64,000 nucleotides of DNA from assembly GCA_964234715.1 (NCBI GenBank), contig OZ174277.1. One strand, given 5' to 3'. The notes beneath the pieces are model-generated. The model worked only from the letters and a program-made list of their open reading frames with translations. It made no database searches and had not been told where the DNA came from. This stretch comes from Podarcis melisellensis. Lineage: Eukaryota. Made by a program: the position numbers and the translations under genes. Each line of letters begins with the position of its first letter. Within the stretch, counting starts at the first letter, position 1. Positions 25,871 to 39,630 of the stretch are shown one piece after another.

Positions 25871-26188
25871 GTACTATACATATTTATCTTTCATAGCAAC
25901 TACTAGCAGCACGTTTTATCGCGCTCAATTGTTAATCTTATCATAACCACTAAAGCAATAGTGTTTGTTAAAACAGGTGCTTTGTAAAGAATTTTGATGC
26001 TAAAAGCCTTGTGAAGCAAAACAAAAAGAGTAAATGAGGCTCCCTCTAAATTTTAATTGAAATCATCTGTAATATTTGTAGAATTTCAGGGTGGCATTCA
26101 GTGTTGTGCTATGGTGAGTGTTGCATCTGCACAAGCATTGCAGCTTGCCAGATGGAACGATCCCTCTCTTTTCCCCTTGTGTGCTGTT

Positions 26189-26353
26189 CATAGCTGTCAA
26201 CTTTCAGATTTGAAAATAAGGGATCAGCAGCCTCACCTGTCCCGGAGACAGTCTATAGGTTATCTAACAATCCAGGATAGCAGCGGGAAGCAGCGGGAAA
26301 CAGTGCTGAAATAAGGGAATTTCTCACCAAAAAAGGGAAGGTTGACAGCTATG
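26189..26353. mobile_element. hAT-type MITE, 165 bp
   Basis: Perfect 13-bp TIRs CATAGCTGTCAAC/GTTGACAGCTATG. 8-bp TSD GTGCTGTT (26181-26188, 26354-26361). Confidence 0.9.
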
Positions 26354-26492
26354 GTGCTGTTGTGAGGGTATGCCTTATTACAGAAGTGGAAGTCCTTGCC
26401 CAGGGCTTCCCCTGACACGGCTTGTCAGGTGAATCCCACACAAGTGCTTTTACTTAATATGTTTTCCTTCTCCCCATTTTCCTATGTTTTAG

Positions 26493-28343
26493 ATACAGAT
26501 ATCAGTGAATCTGGCCTGTCAGCTAGAAGTGCTGCCTCTGCTGCCTCTTTGACCAGCCAAGGAGATAGAAAGAGGCGAACACTTCCACAGTTGCCCAAGG
26601 AGGAAAATGCCACAGAAGGACAAAGAACAAAGGTTACAACCCACCAGCGATCGGAGATAGGTGAAAAACAAGACACTGAACTTCAAGAGAAAGAAACTCC
26701 AACTCATACCCAGAAAGAAATAGGGCAAATTAGTGACAGGAGCGTGACTAAAGCAAGCAGGGCAATGAATGGCCTGTCTCCTAAAGCAGACAAGGCGCTT
26801 CTTCACTCCAATAGTTCCTTTTCTTCTGACAAAGAGAAGAGTGAAAATGGCAGAGAAACATCGGTGGTAAAACAAGCTTTGGCTAAAATTAAGCAGCAGG
26901 AACAAAAGGAGGTAACACATTGGACCCCCACTAAATTATCTTCTTCAAAAACACCAAACCAAGCTGAAAGAAGTAGAGACGAGCCGCCTCTTTCTCATAA
27001 AGCAGACAATAAAGAGAAAGCATCAGGGCGTGGTTCTTGCAAAGCAGAAAGTAAAGGGGTGCAAAGTGACGGGAAAAGGAGGAAAGCGGAAGATGCAACA
27101 AGATGTCCAACTCCAAAAGGGTTTAGTGGGGATAAAAAAGAATCATCAAAGCCGCTGGTGAGACAAGGCAGCTTTACCATAGATAAACCAAGTACAAATA
27201 TACCTATAGAACTAATCCCTCACATCAATAAACAGACAGGAACTACTCCGCCATCATTGTCTTTAACATCCACTAGTAGAATAAGTGAGAAAAGTGATTC
27301 CGTGGAAACAGATTCTAGTCTAGATACAACACTTATCTTAAAGGACACTGAAGCTGTAATGGCTTTTCTTGAAGCGAAGCTGCGTGAAGAAAACAAAACC
27401 GACGAAGGACCTGATACTCCCAGCTATAATAGAGATAATTCCATTTCGCCTGAATCAGATGTGGATACAGCTAGTACAATTAGCCTTGTTACTGGTGACA
27501 GTGAAAGAAAGCAATCTCAGAAACGAAAAAGCTTTAGTACCCTGTACAAAGATAGATGTTCCACTGGTTCGCCTTCAAAGGATGCTTCAAAGTCATCTTC
27601 TACAAGCGCTAGAGACAAAATTGAGAAGAAAACAAAAAGCCGATCTTCAGATGCTGGTTCGAGAGGTGATGCACGCAAGGTTGTGCAGAGCAGTGGAAGA
27701 ATAAGGCAGCCTTCTGTAGATTTAACAGATGACGACCAAACTTCCAGCGTACCTCATTCTGCCATTTCTGATATCTTATCTTCCGACCAGGAAACATGCT
27801 CTGGCAAATCGCATGGAAGGACATCTTTTACCTCAGCAGACGAACATTTACATTCCAAAACAGAAGGTATCAAGTCAGCCAAGTTGAGGACCTCTCCAGC
27901 ATCAGCTGGGCAGTCCAGTAAATCAATCACTCTCCCAAGGCCTCGCCCCACAAGGACTTCTCTCTTACGTCGAGCGCGACTTGGTGAAGTGTCAGATAGT
28001 GAACTGGCGGATGCGGATAAAGCATCCGTTGCTTCTGAGGTGTCTACTACAAGTTCTACTTCCAAACCCCCATCTGGAAGGAGAAATATCTCAAGAATTG
28101 ACCTGCTTGCTCAGCCACGGAGAAATAGACTTGGTTCTTTATCAGCGCGTAGTGACTCTGAAGCAACAATGTCTAGAAGCACGACATCATCTCGTACTCC
28201 AGAAGCCATAATTAGAAGTGGCATTAGGATAACACCGCCAGCAGACAGCACTAAAGTTTCTCCTAGAATGAGAGCGAACAGCATATCTCGCCTTTCGGAC
28301 TCCAAATCCAAATCTCTGTCATCAGCTCATAATTCTTCAGCAG
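26493..28343 (+). CDS. CEP170: CEP170 large Ser-rich exon (DTDISESG...SAHNSSA), 1851 nt, phase 1/1
   Basis: Acceptor ctatgttttAG, donor GCAG|GTACGA. It is the core of ORF 26396-28366, with [34 protein letters not shown] and [17 protein letters not shown]. Confidence 0.97.
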
Positions 28344-29966
28344 GTACGAGAGTTTTTCAACCTTAATTCAATAATTTGTCCTGTCAGCACTTTCCCTTTT
28401 CGGTTGATAGGGACATACATGAAACATTTTTAATAATAAAGTGTAGCTTTAAAGTTGCTGAATCTAATGAAAAATGGTAAGGGATTGGCTGAATCTCCTT
28501 CACTGCTAAATGACTGATTTATTCATAAGTCATTCAGCTTTTTAACCAAATTAATGTTTTTTTTTTTTTGCTATAAAACTGTAACATGTAAGACTAATAA
28601 TGTTTGGGATGCCAGGATTCTTTTTCAGATCTAGTGCTGTAGTACATAGCATTTTGAACGTGGATTTGGATTATGAGAGGCCAGTGATTATTATCTATTG
28701 CTTCTACAGTAGCTAAGATACACCAAGAAAAGAAAAGAAAAGAAGTCACGCTTGGCTTTGGTTCTCCAGTTGACTGAGAATTACTACCTAATTTCATAAC
28801 AGGCCTCTGAAAAGGCATGTTAACCTAGTCATTAGTTTGGTATAGTGCATGTGGAAAGAACTGAAATGCAGCAGTCTACACATGGATTATCTTCATGCAT
28901 AACTAGTTTTTGTCAGCCTCCATCTGGGGGTTGTATTATTTGCATATCCATCACCTTGTGGAACATTCAGGCCAAGATCTCAACAGCCAAGCATGCACTA
29001 GGAGTTCCCAGGGCATTTCTTTCATCATAGTCATTCAGCTATACCTAAAAGGCGTACCCAAGGGTTTGGGAAAACCTCCAGAGTAGCATCTGGCATGGTA
29101 TGAGCAGCTGCAGCCAGATAGAAAAAAATATTGTGTGTACACAAGGCTATATGAATCATGGTTACAGGATAGAAGACCTATTACCTGTCTTTGAGAATGA
29201 TACGCAACTAGGTAAAAAGCATTTGCAGATACTATTTCATTCTGTTGGAGACATTAGGACTTCTGCAACTGTCATTTTAAACTATTTGTAAATCAGGGTT
29301 TGGGTTTTTGAGACCATGTTGGGTGGCACCCATTTTTACCCACTCTGTCTAGATCCTTGGGTGCACAAAATAAGCATGATCCTTTTCCTGCCAACAACTG
29401 AAATCCCATTCTTAATTGATAAACTAACATAATATAATTTATAATGGTGTCACTTGCAGTAAAGGGTAGGCTAGAGATAATTTGAGGCAGTGGCTGATGA
29501 CCCGAATGGGTTGGGTTATGACCCTCTTCACATGACGGAGGCTGGAGAGCAAAGAATTCTGGGAGGCAGGCACAGTCCCCTCAGTTGTTTGTCTCTTGCC
29601 TGACTAGATTAGAGATATTTTAAAGGAATAAAATAAGTTTTACAATTCCAAAAAACTCATTGAAAAAACTTTAATGCTGTACGCAGAGAGTGATAGCTCA
29701 GAATCAAAGAGTACACCCAAGTTACAAAATGGAAAAAAAGAAGGAATATAGAAATAGGCAATAATAATAATACGGTAATAAAAACAGTAATAAAATAAAT
29801 GTCACAATGTTAGATGCTGTAAAACAGCTCTGATATGTAATGCTTCTTATACAGGATGAGTAACTGCATTTGTTCAGACATTACTTATTGAGAAGAAAGT
29901 AAAAAGAGTTGACTTCTCAATTTCCCCACTGCAAAGAGAAATTTAATTTCTGTTGGAGACTGAATA

Positions 29967-30192
29967 CAGTGGTACCTCTGGTTATGTACTTAATTCGTTC
30001 CAGAGGTCCGTTCTTAACCTGAAACTGTTCTTAACCTGAGGTACCACTTTAGCTAATGGGGCCTCCCACTGCTGCTGCGCCCTCGGCGCATGATTTCAGT
30101 TCTCATCCTGAGGTAAAGTTCTTAACCCGAAGTACTACTTCCAGGTTAGCAGAGTCTGTAACCCGAGGTGTTTGTAGCCCGAGATACCACTG
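29967..30192. mobile_element. Tc1/mariner MITE
   Basis: TA-CAGTGGTACCTCTGGTTA ... CGAGATACCACTG-TA. It is a reverse-orientation relative of the 38842 copy. Confidence 0.85.
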
Positions 30193-33100
30193 TATCTCCT
30201 TAATTCTGCATCACACCAAGAGCAGGTTAGAAGTTGTTGTCTTTTTTAATAATCCCTTCACCAAGTTCAATTACAGAGCAGTATACAGCAGATATAAATA
30301 ATAAATTAGTAAAATCCTAGTACAATAAGATAAAGACATTAACGATCTTGAATAAAAGACAGCAGATAAAAATGACAAGGAAAGCTAAGTAAGCTATTAT
30401 TCAAATTAAAATGCCTAGATTTTTTTAATATATTTTTTAAAGGTTTAACCTGTTGCCAAGAAGATTGTAAAGTAGATGCCAGGTACCCTTGTTTGGGAGT
30501 GCATTCCCAACCTAGGGTTCTACTACTGACAAAGCCCTCTCCATTTTAATTATGTAATGATCTTCCAGTAAAGAAGACTTGGAGTAGAGTGTCAACAGAA
30601 GATCTTAAGGCCTGGGCAGGCCATTCAATTATAGGCAGTGACCATTTTACATGCATCCAATTAAGGTGCAATCACGCACATGCTGGTCACTGCCAACCCC
30701 AGAAGTGGCCTGAAAATAGTGCGGGCTTATGCACACTTGGCCAATGCACGAGGGGGGCCAGGAAAGGAACCCCCACTCAAAATGGTTGCCACCTGTACAT
30801 ACTTACCACAAAATACATATTGAAATAGGTATTCTGTTTCAGTATATGCATTTCTCAATCTTTTTAAACCTAAATTACCCATTTTAATGTACTTCGTTAT
30901 ATTTTTTTGAGTTGAGTATTGCATTGCCAAATTAATTGATGTGCAAAATCATTCTCTTCTGATTTTCACATTAGTCATGAAGACGTGGATCTGGTCAGTT
31001 TGCATCTAAATTCAGAGACAATATATTTCTCATGCATCCTTTCCATGAGCTCGTTACATGCAGAATGGGCCCTACCTATGGAACCAAGTAGCACCAGTCT
31101 ATTAGCCCGGAGAGCTTCTTGGTACACAAGAGAATTGCTGATCTACTGGGAAATGCTGTTCAACAGGGAAATTCCCAGAAGCTCCTCTGATATCATTGCA
31201 GCCACCTGGGTTATTATGCCCTTCCTTGTTTAAGAGACATTTGGAAAGAGTGGAAAAGTGATCTCTTAAGTTCCAAGAAGCCCAAAGGTCACTTCTCTGC
31301 AGCCCACAAAGATTTCTGCTAAGGAGAAATGGGAGCTTGCTTCATTGATCTCTGCGAAACAGCAAGCTCACGTTTCCTGTTAGAAAAAGCAGAGCATCAA
31401 CTCTTTTGCAGGCTTTTTAGCCTTCTTGGTACTGATGGAACTAAAATGAGCATGACGGAAGTTACTGCTTGTTTGTATCTCTTCCTGGCTATGTTGTAGC
31501 CTGTTATTTGGATGTCTAAGTTTGTATTTAACAGAATTCTCAAAAATCAGTTCAATTTTTTTTCACGTCTGTGTTTTTAAAATAGTGGAATTACTTAATA
31601 CAAGCAAATGCTTTAAATCTGTATATCTTCATTAATATGATAAACAAATATTTTGTACACAGAGGCATACCGTCTTCTCCCAGACCCAGATCCTGCTGTT
31701 GAAACTTACAGTGGTAGAGTACTAGAAATCATATTTTGTTTCTAAGATTTCAACCCTAAATATTTGGTTTTTTGGAAAACAATTACTTTAAATTCTCATG
31801 TTGTACAATGCTGGGTTGCAGGACTAGCTCCAAATTCGTAAAACTATAACTTAAAAAAAAAAATACTCTGACTATTGGAGTAACTGGGAAATAAAGGGAA
31901 ATTCAAATCAATTTGAAATGTTTTACAAAAAAACAAAAACAACAATCGGGTCCAGCTCATGACAACTCTCTGACCCTCAGTGGTTGTTTTGCATGCTTTT
32001 AGAAATAAGTGCTTTTTCTGCTTATTAAAAAAAAGCTTTTTAAACTAAGGATGAGAAAGTGTATATATTCCAGTGTGTCTTATTAATATGTGAAAGCCAC
32101 ACTAGGAACCTTTTTCAGCTGCAGGGTAGAGTAAAACTACTTTAGATGATTTAAAATAAGTAAAACCTGACTTATTCATTAGCATCTGCATATTATCTGG
32201 CAATGAAATATTTTCATTCTTCAATTAATTGTGCTAGAAAAATGCTATATTCTAAATTCACCATGTATCTTTACAAGCTATTATTATAATCTGATCTGAA
32301 AACATTGCAATTATTTTTACATTGCAACACATGCAAATAATTTACATTGCACCGTATTGTAAATTATTTTTACTTAAATTATTTCTGAACAGTAATATTT
32401 GTACTGTCTAAAAGTGTCATCTGTGCACTTAACAAATCTTGGCAAAAATGACTTCAAGCTTTTTGACACCACATTCTTTCATGCTATCTGACTGATCCAC
32501 AATTCAAGGCAACTGACCTACAAAGCTAGTGTTTTGAATCTTCAGTTCCCTTAGGTTGTTTGGGCACTGTTACATTTCCAAGGACTTGTATTTATATTAG
32601 TCTGGACAGCCTTTTCGGGGGGAAAGAGGAGGGGTGGACAAGAAAGGGTTTCCTGCAGCCCTCAACATCTGACTGAAAATGAGCATTTTGCCTGCTATTG
32701 TTACTCCTCTTCCTCAGGAAAGTAACATTAGATTATTATTTCAAGTTCACTATGCTCTTACAATGTTTGGTGGATGTCACCTAATGTTTCGAAATTGAAT
32801 TTCAAATTCAATAGACTTGATATTTCCACCCCCCTCTGGCAACTACACTACTTCAGTTATTTGTACTCAATGCCTATATTATCTCATGGAAAGTTAGGCT
32901 TTTTGACAATGGGAAAAATTTGCAGAAAAAGTACGACTCACTGTGTTGGAAAGTGACAATGAATTGGGCCCTTGTTCTGATATATATATATATATCATGC
33001 TCTTAGATAGAAGACTAGTAGCGTTCCTAACTTATTAACTCACCATTGTACAAAGAGCTTCCTTTTCACATTTTTGTAAATTAGCATTTATTATTTAACA

Positions 33101-33231
33101 CAATTTTAGTAGCTTTCTTTTTATGCTATAGTCAGCAAACACTTTTGTATAAGGTATTTTGGGTTTGGAATTAAGCAACTGTTGTGTTGTCATGATGTTT
33201 CTAAAATCTAAAATCATTTTATTCCTTGCAG

Positions 33232-33509
33232 TAGANNNNNNNNNNNNNNNNNNNNNNNNNNNNNNNNNNNNNNNNNNNNNNNNNNNNNNNNNNNNNNNNN
33301 NNNNNNNNNNNNNNNNNNNNNNNNNNNNNNNNNNNNNNNNNNNNNNNNNNNNNNNNNNNNNNNNNNNNNNNNNNNNNNNNNNNNNNNNNNNNNNNNNNNN
33401 TGCAGAGCACAGGGACACCAACGCAAAGTAGCAATATCTTCAAGCATAGGATAAAGGAACAGGAAGACTACATTCGAGATTGGACTGCCCATCGAGAAGA
33501 AATAGCAAG
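33232..33509 (+). CDS. CEP170: CEP170 coding exon interrupted by an N-gap (33236-33400); visible 3' part [37 protein letters not shown]
   Basis: Probable acceptor attccttgcAG (33230-33231), donor CAAG|GTTGGC in phase 2. The start coordinate is uncertain because of the gap. Confidence 0.85.
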
Positions 33510-33795
33510 GTTGGCTTTCAAGGGATGATTACTTGGTTTCAAAACAGCATCTTATCGGTTAAATCAGTGACCATTACGAAATGTGTTTTGTTTTGTAACT
33601 GGGTTTATACTCAAACAAAATTGATTTTCTTTACCACAGAAGCACTATAAACTTACTTTACTGTTAGTGAAATATACTATCATAGTGTTCCTAAATGCAG
33701 CCCTAAATCCCCAATTGTCATGGGTTTCACAAATGTGTGCAAGTAGCTACTATTTAACATTTGCTTAGTACTCGTTAATTAATGTTAATTAAGTG

Positions 33796-34035
33796 ATAGA
33801 ATCATAGAACTGTATAGCTGGAAGGGGTTCCAAGGGTCATCTAGTCCAACCACAAGCAATGCAGGAATCTCAGCTAAATCATACATGACAAATGCCTAAA
33901 AACCTCTATGGAGGAGAGTCCACCACCTTCCAAGGTAGCCCATTCCACTGTTGGACAGCTCTTATTGTCAGAAAGTTCTTCCTGATGTTTTGTTGGGATC
34001 TCCTTTCTTGTAACTTGAATCCATAGGTTTGGGTT
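33796..34035 (-). mobile_element. CR1 LINE 3' fragment
   Basis: atagaatcatagaa tail repeats, and sequence similar to the 13640 copy. Confidence 0.8.
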
Positions 34036-34386
34036 AATTATTAGGTTATAAGCCATTGCAGTTCTCCTTGGTTGAAACTATAAACTGTAATGACCCATTT
34101 GCACATGGTAAGATGTACATCCCTGGATTTAAAATGTTGAGATGCATTTTGTTCAATTGCAGCAGAAGAATGTTGGAGTCCTTGCACAGCAAAGTTTCTT
34201 AGGTGCTGTTCTTGTAGCTGCCAGAGCAACCAAAGCTGGAAGTTATTTTAAAGGCTCGAACCTATGATAGTTATGATTAGAAGAAAATACTCAAAACAGT
34301 AGCATGTTTCATATTGTGAGGAACAGCAACTTTGAACTCTGAGGTTTTTTATTTGGGATCAATTATGCTGTGTTAACTATTAACAG

Positions 34387-34412
34387 GATCAGTCAGGACC
34401 TGGCTCTCATCG
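34387..34412 (+). CDS. CEP170: CEP170 coding exon, 5' part only (R-ISQDLALIA...); the remainder and donor lie in the N-gap 34413-34608
   Basis: Acceptor ctattaacAG. The phase 2 junction completes an Arg codon, and ISQDLALI follows EEIAR in CEP170. Confidence 0.88.
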
Positions 34413-36910
34413 NNNNNNNNNNNNNNNNNNNNNNNNNNNNNNNNNNNNNNNNNNNNNNNNNNNNNNNNNNNNNNNNNNNNNNNNNNNNNNNNNNNNNNNN
34501 NNNNNNNNNNNNNNNNNNNNNNNNNNNNNNNNNNNNNNNNNNNNNNNNNNNNNNNNNNNNNNNNNNNNNNNNNNNNNNNNNNNNNNNNNNNNNNNNNNNN
34601 NNNNNNNNAGTTTAATTATTTCCACCTGTGTGTGCATGAATCTCCATATTCTCAGCATACCCTTCCTTTAATTTTAAGATTGTTGCCTATTAAAAAAAAT
34701 TAATCCCAGTGGTTAAAATGGCCAATGCAAGAACAGTCATATTGTGAATACACAGTCGGTTTTTCTGTTTACTTTGAACATAAGACCTTTTGCTTGTTTC
34801 TTTGTCATAGCCTCAGATGCAAGTGAGTAGTATCTCAATGCTCCCTAGTAAAGAGAAAGCATTGGAGATTTGTTTATAGACAGGTATTATAAAATACTAT
34901 GTGTAAGGTGAGATACTTTGCATTTTCATTGGTCTTAGATGGCCCTGAATGTTACCGATCTTTTAAATGATTCACTCACTGAGTTGAAGTTCCCCTTCCT
35001 AATATGTTACTGTATTATTATTATTAATTCAATTTATAAGCCATCCTTCCTAATTATAACAATTGTCATAAACATTTAAATTAGCATGATTTCATGCTGC
35101 AGTTCAAGTCATACATTTCTCTCACATGCTGTTTCTATATGCAAAACCTGCATGTTCAGGTCAATATTGCGACCACCAGTGAGAGTATTTTAAAATATAA
35201 AGTCAACTCTTTTTAACAATATTACTGTTTGTCTTTTTTTAACTATTTGGTTTGATTTCAGGGTTGGCAGTTTCCTGGGAAGATGTATTTTAAGGAACAA
35301 GCCAGTAACACACCACCATAGTAACAAAAAGCTACTGAGAAAAATTTAGCAATTGGATAAAAGTTCTTTGTTAGAGCAGCCTCCATTTAACTTCTAAGTG
35401 TGAGGGTTTGTTTCAACAGTAGTTTGGAGTTCTCAGATACAGAAAATGTAGGCAGGATTAAACTAATTAGTCCTGTCAGAGAGGTCCTGTGCAAGCACTT
35501 CCATTTCCCCAATGGAGGTTTGCCCCCTGTCCTCCTCATCCCCCTTGAAATTGGTTGAGGGGGTGTTTGAAGAACCCCCAGAACAGTGCACAGGGGAAAG
35601 GAGAGGGAAATTGTTCCATCTGGCAAGCTAATATGTTTGCCCTGATGGAACGATTGCCTTAGCACACCCGTGTCACTTTTCAATAGGTAGAACAATGAAG
35701 GAAAAACAGAATAGAGTTACCAGCTACCAGCTGCGGACTAGTCAAATACATGTTGAACCATTTACAAAACACTCCTACAGCTTGGTCACTGGCACAGAAT
35801 TACTCACATGGCTGATCTAATGTAAACAATGTAAAGTTAACTAAAGAGACTCGGAAGTCCTGTGGCAGTTTCCACCAGCAATAAGTCCTGGGAATATAGA
35901 AGTCTCAACTCATAGAAGCTGCTGCTGAGAAAGCCTTTTCCAATTTTAACATTGTTCCCAAAGAGCAGACCAGTCACGTGAGCTGGTGATTTGACTATCT
36001 GAGATAGCTATAAGATCAGATTCTAACGAGATAACGTATTTGCAGAGACAACAATAAGAGAGAATCCATATTTGTGTCTGATGCATATATGTGGGATAAA
36101 AGAGAGGAATGAGAAACAAGATTTTGTGTTATTATTAAGGTTTTTTTTCCATTGCTGAGTATTGACAAATTCAAGTGAATAATCAGCTGGCTGGAATTTG
36201 AAAATGCCTCTAGAACACAACATTTAGGGTTTATGAGTAGAGTTTATTTTTTTTTTCTCAGGTAGTGGATGGGTGGTGGTAAGCACTAAATCCCAAGATT
36301 TAATCTAGTAAAAACAACCCTTTAAATGCTAAATTCAGTGCCAACCCTGGATGTTTTCTGTTCACCTGTTGTGTTGTTCCTTTTGATTTATTTCAACTTC
36401 TTGTACATAAGCCTTGGTTAACAACATTATGTTCTATGTACATTTTTGTGAGTAGCAGGATATGTTTTGTGTGTAAGTGGTGTAATTTTTATTATGTTCA
36501 TGTTGGTTTCTTTTTATTGTTTCCTAACCATACTACTAAGCTTCTGCTAATGTAAATATGCATTTTCTCTGAGTTAGATAATGTGAACTTACATCTTCAC
36601 TAAATAAATATGAGTCCCCTTTCTCTTTTGTTCTGCAGTTATACACCACTATTGCATTTGTAACCTTAATATCTATTTCTTTGCATTCATAACTAAAATA
36701 ATTGCTGATGTTTTGGCAAATTTTTTTTTTTTTTTGCCTTTTGTTTTCTAATATACAAGTAAATCAAATACTCCAGTTATTATTTTGATTTCTTCTGTTC
36801 TTTAGTGGCAAACCCATCTAAACTGACGAGCCTCATAATGCACCTCTCTGGTTGGTTTTAAAAGTGAAGCTTTCTCACTAATTATATATATATATTTAAT
36901 TTTTTTTCAG

Positions 36911-37078
36911 CTAGTAGACCGTGTATTTGATGAAAGTCTGAACTTCAGGAAGATTCCTCCAGTGGTAAATGCCAAAACACCAGATGGCAACCCTCGACCT
37001 AATGATTCCAAACCACAGACAGCAGACCTACCTGAGCCTCCCACAATTACACGTCGGCGAACCTGGAGTAGGGATGAA
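36911..37078 (+). CDS. CEP170: CEP170 coding exon ([17 protein letters not shown]...[12 protein letters not shown]), 168 nt, phase 0/0
   Basis: Acceptor tttttttcAG, donor GAA|GTAAGT. Manual translation matches the CEP170 C-terminal region. Confidence 0.95.
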
Positions 37079-38223
37079 GTAAGTATTGTCCATGCCTTTA
37101 CATAAAGAGCTGAGTGAAAGGCCCAGGGAGCCAATAACATTCCTGTTTGAACATTAAGTACGAAAGCTACCTCATGAACTTCCTCTATAAGGAAGAGACA
37201 TCGCTCATCCCCTGCACCCCTTAGGCAGTTTCTAGTGAGACAGAGGCAGGGATTTGGAGTTAGTGAGGCAGAAGGCTGAGGAGGAAGACAAATTTGGGGT
37301 GAGGTGTTGGGTTTACGTAGTTCATTTTATCATTTTATATTCCATTGTTCTTCCTAGGAGCTCAAAGTAGTTTAGGTGGGATTATTCCATATTATCCCCG
37401 GAACAATTATGTGAATTGAGTTAGCTAAGAGATAGTGACTGACCCAAGATGCATTTTGAGCTTCACAGCAGAGTGAGAATTTGAACCCCCATGAGCCTAA
37501 ATTTAGCTATTCTTATTTGTCATCTTGCTTTGGTTCAAGTATAGAACTGCCTAGCACTGTCTTGCGTATTATTTTTTGCTGCTCTTGATGTTTGTGTTTT
37601 ATTATGAAAGTACAGACTGGGAAGATTATCCCTAGTCTCACAAAGAAAAAGCTCAGTGTGGCCCAATATAGGCATCAGTGAAAACAGGAAACATACTTTA
37701 GAAACAGTGGAAAAGACCAGACGGTGAACCAAAATGTCATGAAATGGGAAATAACTATGTGCTAGCATCAAATCATAATATCGTGAGACCAATGGGAACA
37801 ATTGATGAGCGTACAAAGCTAATTGCTTGGATTCTAGGACTCATGGATGGAATTCTGCTCGCAGAATTAAGCTTTCCCACTGCTGCTCACTGTGTCCCTA
37901 AAAAGCCATACTTGAGGATTAGGGGTCTCGTCAGAAGAATGTTGTATGGGGAGCTCTGGCAGCAGTATCAAAATTGGCAAAGTCTGAGATCCTGCTGAAT
38001 CCAAGTCAATATGTTTGGGACAGCAACAGAAAAGTCCACAACTTTTATCGATTATAGCCAACCATGCTTGCTTAGGCATAGGCAAAGTTCCAGTCATCAG
38101 ACAGCCGTAAAGCTAACCAGTACCACCACTCAGCTTAGGTACATAATGACATGAACCAGTAGTGTGGTCCATTCTGTGACACTGATGTGTGACCAGCATG
38201 CCAGCTCCTACGACAGCCTAGGA

Positions 38224-38467
38224 CATGGGTAGGCAAACTAAGGCCCAGGGGCCGGATCCGGCCCAAATGCCTTCTAAATCCGGCCTGTGGATGGTCCGGG
38301 AATCAGCATGTTTTTACATGAGCAGAATGTGTCCTTTTATTTAAAATGCATCTCTGGGTTATTTGTGGGGCATAGGAATTCGTTCATTTTTGTTTTAATT
38401 CAAAATATAGTCCGTCTGCCCCCCCCCCGAGGTCTGAGGGACAGCTGAAAAAGTTTGCTGACCCCAG
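38224..38467. mobile_element. Non-autonomous hAT (Charlie-like) element
   Basis: Ends CATGGGTAGGCAAACT...AGTTTGCTGACCCCAG, subterminal GGCCC motifs, and a flanking CCTAGGA(C) duplication. Confidence 0.8.
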
Positions 38468-38841
38468 CCTAGGACCTTCAAGTGACACCACAAGATCCTT
38501 TAAAGGGGACGCCACAGTGGGGAGCACCACAAGAGCCAGGCACCTGAGCTCACCACCAAACAGATAGATGCAATAAACCACACAGTGCCAATGCCAAAGT
38601 GTCTTGCCATGCCTCCTAATGATTTCCTAGGTACGAATCCCAGAGGGTTTAGCAGTACTGTACACTGGCTACGTAAGTGGGCCCAGAATATTATCATGCT
38701 CTCTCCACATCTCTACATGAAGGACACAAAGAAAAGCCCCTGGTGAGTGGGGTCCAGAGCACGATTCAGCAGGCATTCCATTGAGTTTTGTATGTGTTTA
38801 TTTTCTGCTGGCCATTGGATAGTTCACAGTTGGATTGAATA

Positions 38842-39083
38842 CAATGGTACCTCGGGTTACATACACTTCAGGTTACGTACGCTTCAGGTTACAGACTCTA
38901 CTAACCCAGAAATAGTACCTCGGGTTAAGAACTTTGCTTCAGGATGAGAACAGAAATCGTGCTCCAGCGGCGCGGCAGCAGCAGGAGGCCCCATTAGCTA
39001 AAGTGGTGCTTCAGGTTAAGAACAGTTTCAGGTTAAGAACGGACCTCCGGAACAAATTAAGTACATAACCAGAGGTACCACTG
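38842..39083. mobile_element. Tc1/mariner MITE
   Basis: TA-CAATGGTACCTCGGGTTAC ... AACCAGAGGTACCACTG-TA. Confidence 0.85.
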
Positions 39084-39541
39084 TATGTTTCATTATGTAG
39101 CTCACAGAGCAGATTCTTCCCTTGAAATACTTCTTAATTCACATTTCAACTTTTTCTGCACATTGTTTTGTTTATTGGAAGTTGTCTTATTTTACAAACA
39201 TTTACTAATACTAACAATAAATTTATAAAATACTGATAACAAATACCAGGGAATTTACTCTAGCCAGCTGAAATCAGTGTTATTTTTCCATTTATGAATG
39301 TGCTTTTTTATTGCAATGAAAGCTATGTTTATGGCTAAAGATAATTTCCATATATTGACAAGTTGCATGAATTTTAAAAGTTGAATATTGTTCTGTGCTC
39401 CAACTAAAGTAAATTGGAAGTACATGACATGAGAATAATTGTTTAGGAAGGAAAAGCCATGATATTGTCACTTACAGTTTTAGAAGGTGATCTAGAAACT
39501 GTATTATTTAAATGAACAATTGTCTTTTGAAACTCTTTCAG

Positions 39542-39630
39542 GTTATGGGAGATACCTTGCTGTTGTCCTCAGTCTTCCAGTTTTCCCGGAAGATTAGACA
39601 GTCTATAGATAAAACAGCTGGCAAAATAAG
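39542..39630 (+). CDS. CEP170: CEP170 coding exon ([30 protein letters not shown]), 89 nt, phase 0/2
   Basis: Acceptor ctctttcAG, donor AAG|GTAATC. Confidence 0.95.

Noticed and set aside
26396-26492. N-terminal extension of the 656-aa ORF (also the ends of ORFs 5507, 8435 and 44085)
   Set aside because: These are intronic read-through beyond clear splice sites, not separate genes or real start codons.
36806-36850. 45-nt AG...GT bounded open segment upstream of the 36911 exon
   Set aside because: It is open in phase 1, but the host intron is phase 0, where it contains a stop. The remaining intron would be only about 60 nt.
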